A stretch of 64,000 nt of DNA from Deltaproteobacteria bacterium. Lineage in GTDB: Bacteria > Myxococcota_A > Polyangia > HGW-17 > SLPX01. Below the pieces are notes generated by a model. The model did no database searches. It saw only the letters and a program-made list of their open reading frames with translations, and was not told the origin of the DNA. How positions within the stretch are numbered: position 1 is the stretch's first letter; every line of letters starts with the position of its first letter. The position numbers and the translations under genes were made by a program. The stretch covers positions 10,043 through 74,042 of the forward strand of contig JAGGXR010000063.1 of the NCBI GenBank assembly GCA_021162935.1, read 5' to 3'. Positions 9,677 through 19,082 of the stretch are shown here, one piece after another.

Positions 9677-10198
9677 ATGACGAACGCAACGAATGCAATG
9701 ACGAAGACAGGGGCGGGAACGGGACAGGACGTGGACCGCTCCGAAGTGGAGCCGATCGTGGCCGCCTTCCAGGGCCGTCAGGGCGCCATCATTCCCTTAC
9801 TGCAGGAGATCCAGCGACGTTTCGGCTATGTACCGAAGACGGCCGTGGACGTCATTTCTGAAAAGATGGGCGTCTATCCGGTGGAGCTGTACGGCATCCT
9901 GACCTTCTATGCGCAGTTCTACCTCGAGCCGCGGGGTAAGCACACGATCAAGGTCTGCCAGGGGACGGCCTGCTACATCATGGGAGGCAAGCTTCTGCTG
10001 GACCAGCTCGAAGAGGATCTGCAGGTCCACGACGGGGAGACGACCGAAGACGGGCAGTTTACCCTTGAGACGGTGGCCTGCCTCGGTTGTTGCGGCATGG
10101 CCCCCGTCATGATGGTGGACGGCGATTTTTATGGATCGGTGAAGACAAACATTTTGGACTCCATTTTGGAGCATTATCGAGAGCAAGACAAACAATGA
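9677..10198 (+). CDS. NuoE/HndA-like [2Fe-2S] thioredoxin-like subunit of an NADH-dependent oxidoreductase
   Basis: QGTACYIMGG...CLGCCGMAPVMMVDGDFYG matches the four-Cys motif of the 24-kDa NuoE family. The stop overlaps the next start (ATGA). Confidence 0.8.
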   Translation: MTNATNAMTKTGAGTGQDVDRSEVEPIVAAFQGRQGAIIPLLQEIQRRFGYVPKTAVDVISEKMGVYPVELYGILTFYAQFYLEPRGKHTIKVCQGTACYIMGGKLLLDQLEEDLQVHDGETTEDGQFTLETVACLGCCGMAPVMMVDGDFYGSVKTNILDSILEHYREQDKQ

Positions 10199-11970
10199 AT
10201 GACCGACGTGAAACGGCTGCAGGCCGCATCATGGTCTGCACGGGTACGAGCGGCATCTCCAGCGGCGCCGAACAGGTGGCTGCCGGACTGGAGCGCGAAC
10301 TGGACAGCAGAAACCTGCGGGACGCCTGGCACGTGGTCCGTACGGGCGACCGAGGACTGTTCCAGGACGTGCTCGTGGACGTGATTCCGCCCGAGGGAGA
10401 ACGGGTCACCTACGTCAAGGTGAAGCCCAAGGATGTTGGGACCATCGTGGAGGAGCACCTGGTCGGCGGCCAGCCGGTCAAGCGTTTGGCGGCCGGCAAA
10501 CGGTACGACGACTTCTTCGCGACTCAGCAGCGGATCGTCCTGACGAACTGCGGCGAGATCGATCCCGAAGACATCGATGAGTACCTTGACCGTGGCGGCT
10601 ATGACGCGCTCAAGCAGGTGCTCGCCATGGACCCGGACGCGCTCATCGATGAGGTGGAGAAGGCGGGGCTACGCGGACGTGGTGGGGCCGGGTTCCCGAC
10701 CGGGACGAAGTGGCGATTCGCCCGCAAGGCGCAAGGGGTGAGCAAGTATATCATCTGCAACGCCGACGAGGGCGATCCAGGTGCCTTCATGGATCGGTCG
10801 GTTCTGGAGGGCGATCCCCACGCCGTGCTCGAAGGCATGGCCATTGGGGCTTACGCCATCGGGGCCAAACAGGGCTTCATTTATTGCCGGGCCGAGTATC
10901 CGCTTGCACTTAAGCGACTGGATATCGCCATCGCCCAGGCCAAGGAGCGAGGCCTGCTCGGTGAGGGCATCTTCGGCACGGACTTTTCGTTCGACGTGAG
11001 CGTGGTCCAGGGGGCCGGCGCGTTTGTTTGCGGCGAAGAGACCGCGTTGATGTCCTCCATCGAGGGGCATCGTGGCATTCCTCGACCCAGGCCGCCGTTT
11101 CCTGCGCAGAGTGGGTTGTGGGGCAATCCCACCAACATCAACAACGTGGAGACCTTTGCCAACGTTCGTCACATCGTGCTGCGCGGGGCCGACTGGTACG
11201 CGGCCATCGGCACTGAGTCCAGCAAGGGCACCAAGGTGTTTGCCTTGGCGGGCAAGGTGAAGAACACGGGGCTCGTCGAGGTCCCCATGGGGACCACCAT
11301 TCGACAGCTCGTCGAGGGGCCGGGCCGAGGCATGGCGGTCAAGCGGCTCAAACCCAAGGCCGTCCAGATCGGCGGTCCGTCGGGCGGCTGCCTGCCCGAG
11401 ACGATTTGGGACACGCCCATCGACTATGCGAGTTTGTCCGAAACGGGCGCCATCATGGGTTCGGGCGGCATCATCTTCATGGATGAGAAGAGCTGCATGG
11501 TGGACGTGGCCCGCTACTTTCTCGAATTCACCGTGAAGGAGTCCTGCGGCAAATGCGTGCCCTGTCGCGTGGGCCTCAAGCGTATGCTCGAGGCCATCAA
11601 CGAAATTGCTCGTGGGGAGGGGACCCTGGCCCATCTCGACTTCCTCGAGGACATGGCCCACACGATCCAGCAGACGGCGCTGTGTGGCCTGGGCCAGACC
11701 GCGCCCAATCCGGTCCTGACCACGCTGCGGTATTTCCGAGAGGAGTATGAGGCGCACATCGTAGACAAGAAATGCCCTGCTCACGTGTGCACCGATTTGA
11801 TCGAGTTCGTGGTGGACGAAGAAAAGTGTACGAAATGTGGTTTGTGCTTCAAGGCCTGTCCGGCTGGCGCCATCACCTGGCAAAAGGGCGAGTTCGCCAA
11901 GATCGACCAGGAGAAATGTACGAAGTGCAGATCCTGCATCAACGTTTGTGACTTTATGGCAATCCGATGA
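10195..11970 (+). CDS. NuoF/HndC-like flavoprotein (NAD(P)H-binding, FMN, 4Fe-4S) with an N-terminal thioredoxin-like domain and two C-terminal 4Fe-4S ferredoxin motifs
   Basis: Contains GRGGAGFPTGTKW (NuoF FMN/NADH signature) and a Cys cluster ESCGKCVPCRVG. The C-terminal domain has CTKCGLCFKACP and CTKCRSCINVCD. Start is the ATG at 10195. Confidence 0.85.
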   Translation: MNDRRETAAGRIMVCTGTSGISSGAEQVAAGLERELDSRNLRDAWHVVRTGDRGLFQDVLVDVIPPEGERVTYVKVKPKDVGTIVEEHLVGGQPVKRLAAGKRYDDFFATQQRIVLTNCGEIDPEDIDEYLDRGGYDALKQVLAMDPDALIDEVEKAGLRGRGGAGFPTGTKWRFARKAQGVSKYIICNADEGDPGAFMDRSVLEGDPHAVLEGMAIGAYAIGAKQGFIYCRAEYPLALKRLDIAIAQAKERGLLGEGIFGTDFSFDVSVVQGAGAFVCGEETALMSSIEGHRGIPRPRPPFPAQSGLWGNPTNINNVETFANVRHIVLRGADWYAAIGTESSKGTKVFALAGKVKNTGLVEVPMGTTIRQLVEGPGRGMAVKRLKPKAVQIGGPSGGCLPETIWDTPIDYASLSETGAIMGSGGIIFMDEKSCMVDVARYFLEFTVKESCGKCVPCRVGLKRMLEAINEIARGEGTLAHLDFLEDMAHTIQQTALCGLGQTAPNPVLTTLRYFREEYEAHIVDKKCPAHVCTDLIEFVVDEEKCTKCGLCFKACPAGAITWQKGEFAKIDQEKCTKCRSCINVCDFMAIR

Positions 11971-14147
11971 TCTCGATAACTATCAACGGCAAGCGTATCG
12001 AAACCGAGGAAAACAAAACCGTGCTGGAAGCGGCCCTTGCCGCCGGCCAGTACATTCCCAATCTCTGCCATCATCCGGAACTCAAGCCCGTTGGGGCCTG
12101 CCGGATGTGCATCGTGGAGATTGAGGGGCTGCGCGGCTTCCCCACGTCCTGCACCACTATGGTGCGAGACGGCATGGTGGTCCGTTCCGAAACGGATCAG
12201 CTCAAGAAGCTGCGTCGCAACCTCATGTGGCTCTATGAGAGCGAGTATCAGGGGACGCCTCCGTCTGGTTCCCAGCTTGAGATGGTCCAGAAGTGGACGG
12301 GTACCGCCGATTTCGACATGGTGCATCCCCAGCCGGCACAGCGTCCCATCCACGACCAGGATCCTCTTTACGTGCGGGACGCGAATAAATGCATCCTGTG
12401 CGGCAAGTGCACCAGGATCTGTCAGGAGGTTCGCGGGATTGGAGCCATCGGCATTTCGTATCGGGGCATCGCAAGTCAGGTGACCACTGCGTATGAGCTT
12501 CCCCTCGTGGACGCTGGCTGCAAGTTCTGTACGGCCTGCGTCGAGGTTTGTCCTGCTGGTGCTTTTTACGACAAGGCCCCCAGGCTCGCCGCCAAGGAGG
12601 TCGAGGTCGAGGCTGCCGAAACCGGGCAGCCGGCCGAGCGCATCGGTGTGGACTGGGACAAGTGGACCAAGGAAGAGGTGGTCATTTCCTGTCAAACCAC
12701 CTGTCCTGCCGGGATCGATGTTCCCCTGTATACGAGGCTCATCGCCGAAGGGAAGTTCCAGGATTCCTTGGCTGTGATTCGCGAGAAGGTCCCGTTTCCT
12801 CACTCGTTGGGGGCCGTGTGTCCGCACCCCTGTGAGGCAGCTTGCCGGCGCGGCGGGATCAACGAACCCATTGCGATTCGAGAGCTCAAGAAGTTCGTCG
12901 GGTCGCTCGACGATGGATCATGGATGTCTCGGCTGACCCGACGTCCCGATACGGGCAAGAAGGTGGCCGTTTTGGGTTCCGGCCCTGCCGGTCTGACGGC
13001 CGCCTGGTTCCTGCGGCTCGCCGGCCACGAGGTCACGGTTTTCGAGGTGATGCCCAAGGCCGGTGGCATGCTGCGGGCCGCCATTCCGCGGTATCGTCTG
13101 CCCTCCGACGTTTTGGACAAGGAAATCGGCTTCATCGAAAAAATTGGCGTCACCATCGAGACGAACAGCTCTAAGATGACGGCGGACAAGGCTTTCAATC
13201 TTGGGTATGACGCAGTTTTTGCGGCCTATGGTGCGCCCCTGGGCACCAAGATGGGTATTTCGGGCGAGGACGATCCTCGGGTCATGGACGGTCTATCCAT
13301 GCTCAAGGCGGTCGCCTTCGGTCAGGAGTTGAACCTGGGCAAGCGGGTGTGCGTGGTGGGCGGGGGGAATGTTGCCACCGATGCTGCACGGAGCGCATTA
13401 CGGTCCGGAGCAGAGCACGTCACCATGCTGTATCGACGGACGCGATCGGAAATGCCCGCCTTTGCCGAAGAGGTGGAGGCTTGCCTGGAAGAAGGCGTCG
13501 AACTGCGGTTGCTCGTCAACCCAGTTGGAATCACGGCGACCAGTGACCACCTCGACGTTCAGTGCATCAAGATGGAACTGGGCGAGCCCGACGAGAGCGG
13601 ACGGCGGCGCCCCGTGCCCATCGAGGGCAGCGAGTTCGTCATCGCAGCGGACAGTCTCATTATGGCCATCGGTCAGAAGACCGACGTGCCGGACGAATCG
13701 AAGGTACCCGTTTCGAAGCGAGGCCGCATCCTGGTGGACGACGAGACCCAGTCCACTGGGACACCGGGCGTGTACGCCGGTGGTGACGTGGTCACCGGGC
13801 CGGCAACGGTGATCGAGGCCATCGCTGCAGGGCGGCGGGCCGCGGCGAGCATCGATCGATATTTGGGCGGCGATGGCGCCATCGTGGATCAGTCGCTCTT
13901 CGTGCGCGAGCGCGAGAATCCCTACTTGGGCCGCCAGGAGGGTTTTGCCCACCAGCATCGACTCGAACCTGCTCATTTGCCGGCCGAGCAGCGGATCCAC
14001 TCCTTCGATGAGGTGGAGATCGTCTACGACGAGAAGACCGCCATGGCCGAAGCGGATCGATGCCTGCGTTGCCGCCTGCGTCTCGAAATGATCCCTCCTG
14101 CGGACAGCACGCCAGGTTCGGATTCGGCCGCCAACGGATCGGTTTGA
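11967..14147 (+). CDS. Fusion of a 2Fe-2S ferredoxin (NuoG N-terminal-like), 4Fe-4S domains and a GltD/NfnB-like FAD/NAD(P)H oxidoreductase
   Basis: N-terminus ISITINGKRIE...CHHPELKPVGACRMC. Cys clusters CILCGKCTRIC and CKFCTACVEVCP. Dinucleotide-binding motif VAVLGSGPAGLTAAWFL plus GltD-like regions. ATGA overlap with the upstream gene. Confidence 0.8.
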   Translation: MISITINGKRIETEENKTVLEAALAAGQYIPNLCHHPELKPVGACRMCIVEIEGLRGFPTSCTTMVRDGMVVRSETDQLKKLRRNLMWLYESEYQGTPPSGSQLEMVQKWTGTADFDMVHPQPAQRPIHDQDPLYVRDANKCILCGKCTRICQEVRGIGAIGISYRGIASQVTTAYELPLVDAGCKFCTACVEVCPAGAFYDKAPRLAAKEVEVEAAETGQPAERIGVDWDKWTKEEVVISCQTTCPAGIDVPLYTRLIAEGKFQDSLAVIREKVPFPHSLGAVCPHPCEAACRRGGINEPIAIRELKKFVGSLDDGSWMSRLTRRPDTGKKVAVLGSGPAGLTAAWFLRLAGHEVTVFEVMPKAGGMLRAAIPRYRLPSDVLDKEIGFIEKIGVTIETNSSKMTADKAFNLGYDAVFAAYGAPLGTKMGISGEDDPRVMDGLSMLKAVAFGQELNLGKRVCVVGGGNVATDAARSALRSGAEHVTMLYRRTRSEMPAFAEEVEACLEEGVELRLLVNPVGITATSDHLDVQCIKMELGEPDESGRRRPVPIEGSEFVIAADSLIMAIGQKTDVPDESKVPVSKRGRILVDDETQSTGTPGVYAGGDVVTGPATVIEAIAAGRRAAASIDRYLGGDGAIVDQSLFVRERENPYLGRQEGFAHQHRLEPAHLPAEQRIHSFDEVEIVYDEKTAMAEADRCLRCRLRLEMIPPADSTPGSDSAANGSV

Positions 14148-14540
14148 TCTCAGGCCGATCGCATCCGCGCCGGCGCATTGCCTCTCTCCGGCGCATTGCA
14201 TCTCTTCCGATCGTCCTTTCTCGATCGTCTTTTTCCTTTTGACACACATTGCCGTTTCCTGCGGCGTCGCCTCGTTGCAAGGCTGTCTTTGACTCCCTAT
14301 CGTTTTCGTATCCGATGCAATTCGGTGATCGCGCGGGCTTCGGGTCGTTTTCGTCGAGGTCGCCAGACTGTGACATTTGTGCCATAGGTGAAGCCTTTCT
14401 TCACATTCGACATTGTTGTGATGCGTCGTAGGTGTTTGAGATAACGCGAAAAAGTAGGTTGGCACCGACCTTGCTTTTGACTTTGGGTGACTGACACGAA
14501 CCACCAAGGCCGCCAGGCCGGAGCCCAACGAGGTGACATC

Positions 14541-15260
14541 ATGACCAGGAATACACAAACAGCGATCGGCGTGGTTATCGGGATGCTCATGATCCATTCC
14601 GGTACGGCTTGGGCCCAGGCCCAGCCGAATCGGGCAGGCAATCGATCGGCTGCCTGCAACGGAACTGAAGTCTGTGTCTGCGTGGGCGCTGCCTGCGAGG
14701 CACAGGTACCCAGGCGGGCTCTGCCACCGGCACCGCCGGCGCCTCCTCCTCCTCCTGTGGCCCCCGCTCCTCCAGTCGTTTATCAGCAGGGTATGGCGGC
14801 ACCTGCGGCCACGGTGGTCAAGCACAAGAAGGCCCCCAAAAAGCTGCATGTCCGCCTGGGGTTGGCCCTGGATTTTCTGCCCCTGAACCTGGACCTTCGT
14901 CTGTCGGATCACTGGGCCCTCAACACGTCGTTTATGCTTGTCGTGGTGGGATCCGGACATGATAAGGGTTTCTATGGCGGCATCATGGGTGGTTTGGACT
15001 ACTACTTCAAGGGGCGCGCCCTGGACGGATTGCGATTGGGTGCTCGGGTCGGAGTCGTCGGCGTCGGGGCCTGGGGCCAGTGGCACGATGTGTTTCGGTT
15101 CGTCATCGCCCGAGCCGTGATTGGCTATAATTGGACGTTCGACGACATCTTTTCCGTGGGCCTCGAAGGCGGCCTCCAGTACATGCGGGTCGGCGACCAC
15201 GAGGATCATATCAACCTGGTCATCCCCCACGCGCAACTGAGCTTCGGTTTCGTGTTCTGA
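14541..15260 (+). CDS. Small outer-membrane beta-barrel-like protein with a poly-proline linker
   Basis: Start at the ATG at 14541 (RBS gaggtga). Signal peptide ...SGTAWAQA, then PPAPPAPPPPPVAPAPP. Alternating hydrophobic strands and a C-terminal ...SFGFVF terminal-Phe motif typical of outer membrane proteins. Confidence 0.5.
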   Translation: MTRNTQTAIGVVIGMLMIHSGTAWAQAQPNRAGNRSAACNGTEVCVCVGAACEAQVPRRALPPAPPAPPPPPVAPAPPVVYQQGMAAPAATVVKHKKAPKKLHVRLGLALDFLPLNLDLRLSDHWALNTSFMLVVVGSGHDKGFYGGIMGGLDYYFKGRALDGLRLGARVGVVGVGAWGQWHDVFRFVIARAVIGYNWTFDDIFSVGLEGGLQYMRVGDHEDHINLVIPHAQLSFGFVF

Positions 15261-15433
15261 GCCTGTCGAACTCAAGGCGCCTCGTTTCGAGGCTCTTCAC
15301 TAAGTCGAATCAGTTTCCAGACCAATCGACACAAACGAAGAAAGCCAGGAGCCACGCCGCAGACAAAGCGCGGCGTGACCATCATCAACATGGCGAGATG
15401 GAGGGAGTCATCCAGGTCAGCGGAGAGGGTGCG

Positions 15434-16939
15434 TCATCGAGGGCGCGCGGGGCGAGTAGGTCGTTTATGGGCTCGCCTTGATCGTGCGCGGCGCTCAGCG
15501 CGTTTTGTGGCTCGTCGTTTCCTGCTGCGATTGATCTGTGCCCTGAGACGATTGATTTCGGTGCGACGCTTCGGGGCGATACGCAGGGCGTGGGTCAGAA
15601 TTCGTTCGGCCCGAGTGAGGTGACCAAGGGCGAGTTCGCTGCGGGCCCAGGCAAGCCACATGTCGGTCCGGGAACGATATTGTGTGCTCCACGCGATCGT
15701 GCGGAAAAGCACGACGGCCTGTTTGTGGCGTCCCGATCGTGCCAGGCGCAGCGCCTTGGAATAGGTGGCCGTGTTTGCCGGCGTCGCGGTTGCCCCCCCG
15801 GCTGTCTGCCTGGTGGTTGGAGCGCCTTTAGGGGCTGCGGCCGGTGCCGGTGCGCTGTTTGCTCTGACGTTCCCCGTCGACCGACGGCGAACGGGCGCCG
15901 GTTTTTTCGACGGTTCGGCGCTTCTGCTCAAGAGACTGGCAAGTGGATCGACCGAGGTCGGAGCGCGTCGGTGTCTCGGTCGGGAAACGACCGCAGCAGC
16001 CCCACGAGGCCGAACATCCCGGCCCGCAGATTCATCGACCCTGCCACGGCCTCCTCTTCCTGCAGATCGTCCGGACCCAGGTTGACTCGGTCGGGCATGA
16101 AGACCGTCGTAGTAGAGATGCCTCATCTTCAGTGCTCGATGTCCCTGACCACTCCTGTTGGCCCTGGTGGTGAGTTGGACCTCGCGTCCCCTCCCTCGTT
16201 TGTCTACGGCGAATTGATTCTTGCCGATCAGACCACGGTCGACCGAACGAATGGTCCGTCGGGCCGTCTCGTCTTCGAGGGCGTCCTGGGGATTGTCTCC
16301 TCCGACGGCTCCAGTCTGCAGCCCATTTTTTTCATGTGCTTTTTGCAGCGTCAACGTCTCCGACTGGGCGACTTGTTTTTTGTCTGTCTGGGTTTCGAAA
16401 TTGTTCTCACTGGCCACGGTTTGGGCTCGTGGGGTCGGCCTGGGTTCGTTCGGTGATCCGGGAATGACGCGCCCTTTCCAGTAATAGGCGCCCAGAGCGA
16501 TGCCGCAGACGAGCAGGACGGAAAACGCCGTTCCCAGGGCGAATCGTCGCTCCGGCGGCGCAATGAAGACCACGAGGCGTGACCACCAGCCGGGCTTGTG
16601 GCCAGAGCCGTTGTCGGTCGTTTCGTCTCTTTGATGTTCCGATACACGCTTGGGTTCGGGAGCCTCGTGGGCCTTGCTCAGGATCGACTCCACGGTCGCG
16701 CTCGATGGCTCATCGGTTGGCAGAGATCGATAGGCGGCAAGGACGTTCTGGAAATCTTGGACCTGTCCGGCGAGTTTCTGGTCCTCGTCCATGGACGCCT
16801 CGAACTCGGCAGTCTCCTCGGGGGGCATCTCTCCGTAGAGATAATCGACGAGATTCAGACCCGAATCTTGGATTTGGTCTCGGCTCATGTCGTCCCCTCC
16901 GTTCCCGGAGGTGGTATGTCGATCCTCGCCGTTCCTCAT
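15434..16939 (-). CDS. Anti-sigma factor (single-pass membrane, zf-HC2-like N-terminal region, C-terminal TPR, highly basic tail)
   Basis: Immediately downstream of the ECF sigma gene (28-bp gap). N-terminus LVDYLYGEMPPEETAEFEASM resembles the anti-sigma N-terminal domain. One TM segment (LVVFIAPP...GIALGAYYW) and a Arg/Lys-rich C-terminus. Start taken as the ATG at 16939. Confidence 0.5.
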   Translation of the reverse strand: MRNGEDRHTTSGNGGDDMSRDQIQDSGLNLVDYLYGEMPPEETAEFEASMDEDQKLAGQVQDFQNVLAAYRSLPTDEPSSATVESILSKAHEAPEPKRVSEHQRDETTDNGSGHKPGWWSRLVVFIAPPERRFALGTAFSVLLVCGIALGAYYWKGRVIPGSPNEPRPTPRAQTVASENNFETQTDKKQVAQSETLTLQKAHEKNGLQTGAVGGDNPQDALEDETARRTIRSVDRGLIGKNQFAVDKRGRGREVQLTTRANRSGQGHRALKMRHLYYDGLHARPSQPGSGRSAGRGGRGRVDESAGRDVRPRGAAAVVSRPRHRRAPTSVDPLASLLSRSAEPSKKPAPVRRRSTGNVRANSAPAPAAAPKGAPTTRQTAGGATATPANTATYSKALRLARSGRHKQAVVLFRTIAWSTQYRSRTDMWLAWARSELALGHLTRAERILTHALRIAPKRRTEINRLRAQINRSRKRRATKRAERRARSRRAHKRPTRPARPR

Positions 16940-16967
16940 CACATTATCCTAACGCTTCGTGCCTGCA

Positions 16968-17600
16968 TCATGCCTCGGCCGAACGCGGTTTGGTCATGTC
17001 TCGAAATTCGGCCAGGTCCGCGCGGAGCCGTTCCAGTGCATACCGCATCCTGCTCTTGACCGTGTTTTCCGGGCAGCCCAAAATAGCGGCGATTTCTTTG
17101 AAGGGCAGACCAGAAGCTTCTCGGAGCAGGAATACCTCCTTCTGTTCGTTGGGCAGCCTGTCCACGGCTTCCTCGATTTTTGTTCTGAGCCGCCCTTGCA
17201 TGACCTGACGTTCGACCCCTGCATTTGGGTCTTGAACTTTTTGTCCAAGGGTCCGCTCATCATTGTCCCTGGACGATTGATCGAGCGAGGTCGTCTTGCG
17301 GTGGGTCATGCGGCGCAGGTGGTCCACGCAGAGATTTCGCGTGATTCGATAGATCCAGGTGGAAAACTTTGCTCGGCCCTCGAATTCGTTTCCGGATCGG
17401 ACGACTTTGAAAAACACCTCCTGGAGGAGTTCTTCGGCCATGTCTCGACGGGAGACGAATCTCAAGATGAACGAGTAGAGTGGTCTCCTGTACCGGGAGA
17501 ACAGCACATCGAATGCCTGGGGGTCTCCCGAGCCGTACCGATCGAGGAGTTCTTCATCCGTCAGATCGTGCAACGACTTCGCCTCGTTTCTGCACAGCAA
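16968..17600 (-). CDS. ECF (sigma-24/sigma-70 family group IV) RNA polymerase sigma factor
   Basis: Region 2 (LLDRY...FDVLFSRYRRPLYSFILRFV) and region 4 HTH (LPNEQKEVFLLREASGLPFKEIAAILGCPENTVKSRMRYAL). The start codon at 17600 is TTG in the track; the exact start is uncertain. Confidence 0.85.
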   Translation of the reverse strand: MLCRNEAKSLHDLTDEELLDRYGSGDPQAFDVLFSRYRRPLYSFILRFVSRRDMAEELLQEVFFKVVRSGNEFEGRAKFSTWIYRITRNLCVDHLRRMTHRKTTSLDQSSRDNDERTLGQKVQDPNAGVERQVMQGRLRTKIEEAVDRLPNEQKEVFLLREASGLPFKEIAAILGCPENTVKSRMRYALERLRADLAEFRDMTKPRSAEA

Positions 17601-17619
17601 ACACCCGGCGCCTCGGCGG

Positions 17620-17655
17620 CCAAATAGGTAATCCTATTTTGAACAGCCTCCTTAG
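17620..17655. repeat. Partial MITE terminus (36 bp) of the 2931/36610 family
   Basis: ccaaataggtaatcctattttgaacagcctccttag matches the right end of copy B. It lies between the ECF sigma start and the tdk stop and contains the tdk stop codon (TAA on the minus strand, 17652-17654). Confidence 0.65.
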
Positions 17656-18242
17656 TCGATACCCAGTCCTTCCTGGTGCGGCCCTTTCCCTTCGGGCACG
17701 AAGCAGCGCCTGCAGCGCGCCTCGTAGGTCTCTCGGTCTCCCACCATGAATCGCGAGGTGCTTTCCACGAGTCGTTGGCTCCGTGACGCTGGGTTGCCGC
17801 AGACGACACAGATCGCGAGCACCTTCTTCACGTATTCGGCCATGGCCATCAGTCTTGCCATGGCTTCGAATGGTTCGGCACGAAAATCCAGGTCCAGTCC
17901 GGCAACGATGACCCGTTTGCCCGCGTTCGCCAGTTCTTCGCATGCTGATACCAGATCGACGTTGAAGAATTGTCCTTCGTCGATGCCCACCACGTCGGCG
18001 TGTTCAGCGCCCTTGACGATATCGGTCGGTCGGTCCACCGACACGCAGGCCAGTCGGACGTCGGCACGGCTCACGATTTCCGTAGCCCCTGCACGGGTAT
18101 CGATGGCTGGCTTGAACACCACGACGTTCTGTTTCGCGATGGTGGCCAGGCGGCATCTTCGAATGAGTTCCTCGGATTTTCCACTGAACATGGGACCCGT
18201 GATTACTTCGATCCAGCCGATATCCCTTGGCGTCGGATTCAT
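17652..18242 (-). CDS. tdk: Thymidine kinase
   Basis: P-loop GPMFSGKSEELIRR, a conserved Asp/Glu region, and a C-terminal zinc ribbon CVVCG...CRRCF. 196 aa. Confidence 0.9.
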   Translation of the reverse strand: MNPTPRDIGWIEVITGPMFSGKSEELIRRCRLATIAKQNVVVFKPAIDTRAGATEIVSRADVRLACVSVDRPTDIVKGAEHADVVGIDEGQFFNVDLVSACEELANAGKRVIVAGLDLDFRAEPFEAMARLMAMAEYVKKVLAICVVCGNPASRSQRLVESTSRFMVGDRETYEARCRRCFVPEGKGPHQEGLGID

Positions 18243-18738
18243 GGTCGCGTCGTCACTCCATCGTGTTTGTGGCGCATGTCCACGTCGTCACCCAGCCCAT
18301 ACGGTTTGCGGGCACGACCCACAGCCCGCATGGAGGTGTCTATCACCAAACAGGTCCTTTTTCAAACCCAGGAATACTTTGTATGACGCAAGTGGGGATG
18401 CCGCGCCGGACAGCCATGGTCAACTTCGCCAACGGTCGAGCCTCAATCGTCGGGTCGATTTCGTAAAAAGACCACCAAGTGATCGAAGGATGGGGGGTAG
18501 CGGCTCTGACGGGGCCAGGAAAACTTCACCCAATGGGTGAAAGATGAGGGAGTTGTAGGCTCCCTCTTGGCCAGGCCGCCCAACGCTCTTCGGGCCTAGA
18601 TCCGCCCCATCACAACTCTTCACCCAGGCAGCAGCCTTCTCGAAAGGGGCTGCAGGGCGCAGCTGTGCCTTGCCCGGTCACGCAGCAACCAACGAACTCG
18701 GCAACTGGGCTATTTTTGCGCGCCTACGGCCCTCTGAT

Positions 18739-18870
18739 CCGCGTTTTGACGCCACAATCTCTGTCCGTCTCCAGTATTTTCCCCACACATGGACACTTCC
18801 TGCTTCTTTGCCCCTTTATCTGGTTACCCCATTTACCCGACGACCCGACGACCCGACGATTGAGGTCGAG
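18739..18870 (+). repeat. 128-bp intergenic repeat, copy 2 (family R2)
   Basis: Paralogous to 472-600. Lies in the long intergenic region upstream of the saccharopine-dehydrogenase-family gene. Confidence 0.7.
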
Positions 18871-19082
18871 TTTCCGCCATTGACAAGCGGGATGGGGCGC
18901 CTGGCTTGTCGATCAATATTCGATTCGTTCTTCCTGCACGTTTTCCTATTCTCTGTTGCCCCTGTCGCTCATGCAGCAGACCCGTTCGTTTTGGACAAAC
19001 AGCTTGACAAGGCAGCGATCCGTGTGTTCGAACCCCAAAAGAGCAGGGGAACGCAGGTCGTGTTCCTTTTGTGGAGGTTGTG

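Noticed and set aside
14169-14204. Direct 18-bp duplication ccggcgcattgc[c/a]tctct x2 downstream of the GltD-like gene
   Set aside because: Only two copies and no obvious structure. Probably a trivial local duplication, and not enough to call a feature.
13398-15275. 625-aa minus-strand ORF
   Set aside because: Entirely antisense to the well-supported GltD-like gene and the OMP gene. Arg/Pro/Gly/His-rich composition is typical of GC-driven spurious ORFs, with no motif support.
17746-18540. 264-aa plus-strand ORF
   Set aside because: Antisense to thymidine kinase, which has P-loop and zinc-ribbon motifs. Ser/Ala/Arg-rich low-complexity translation.
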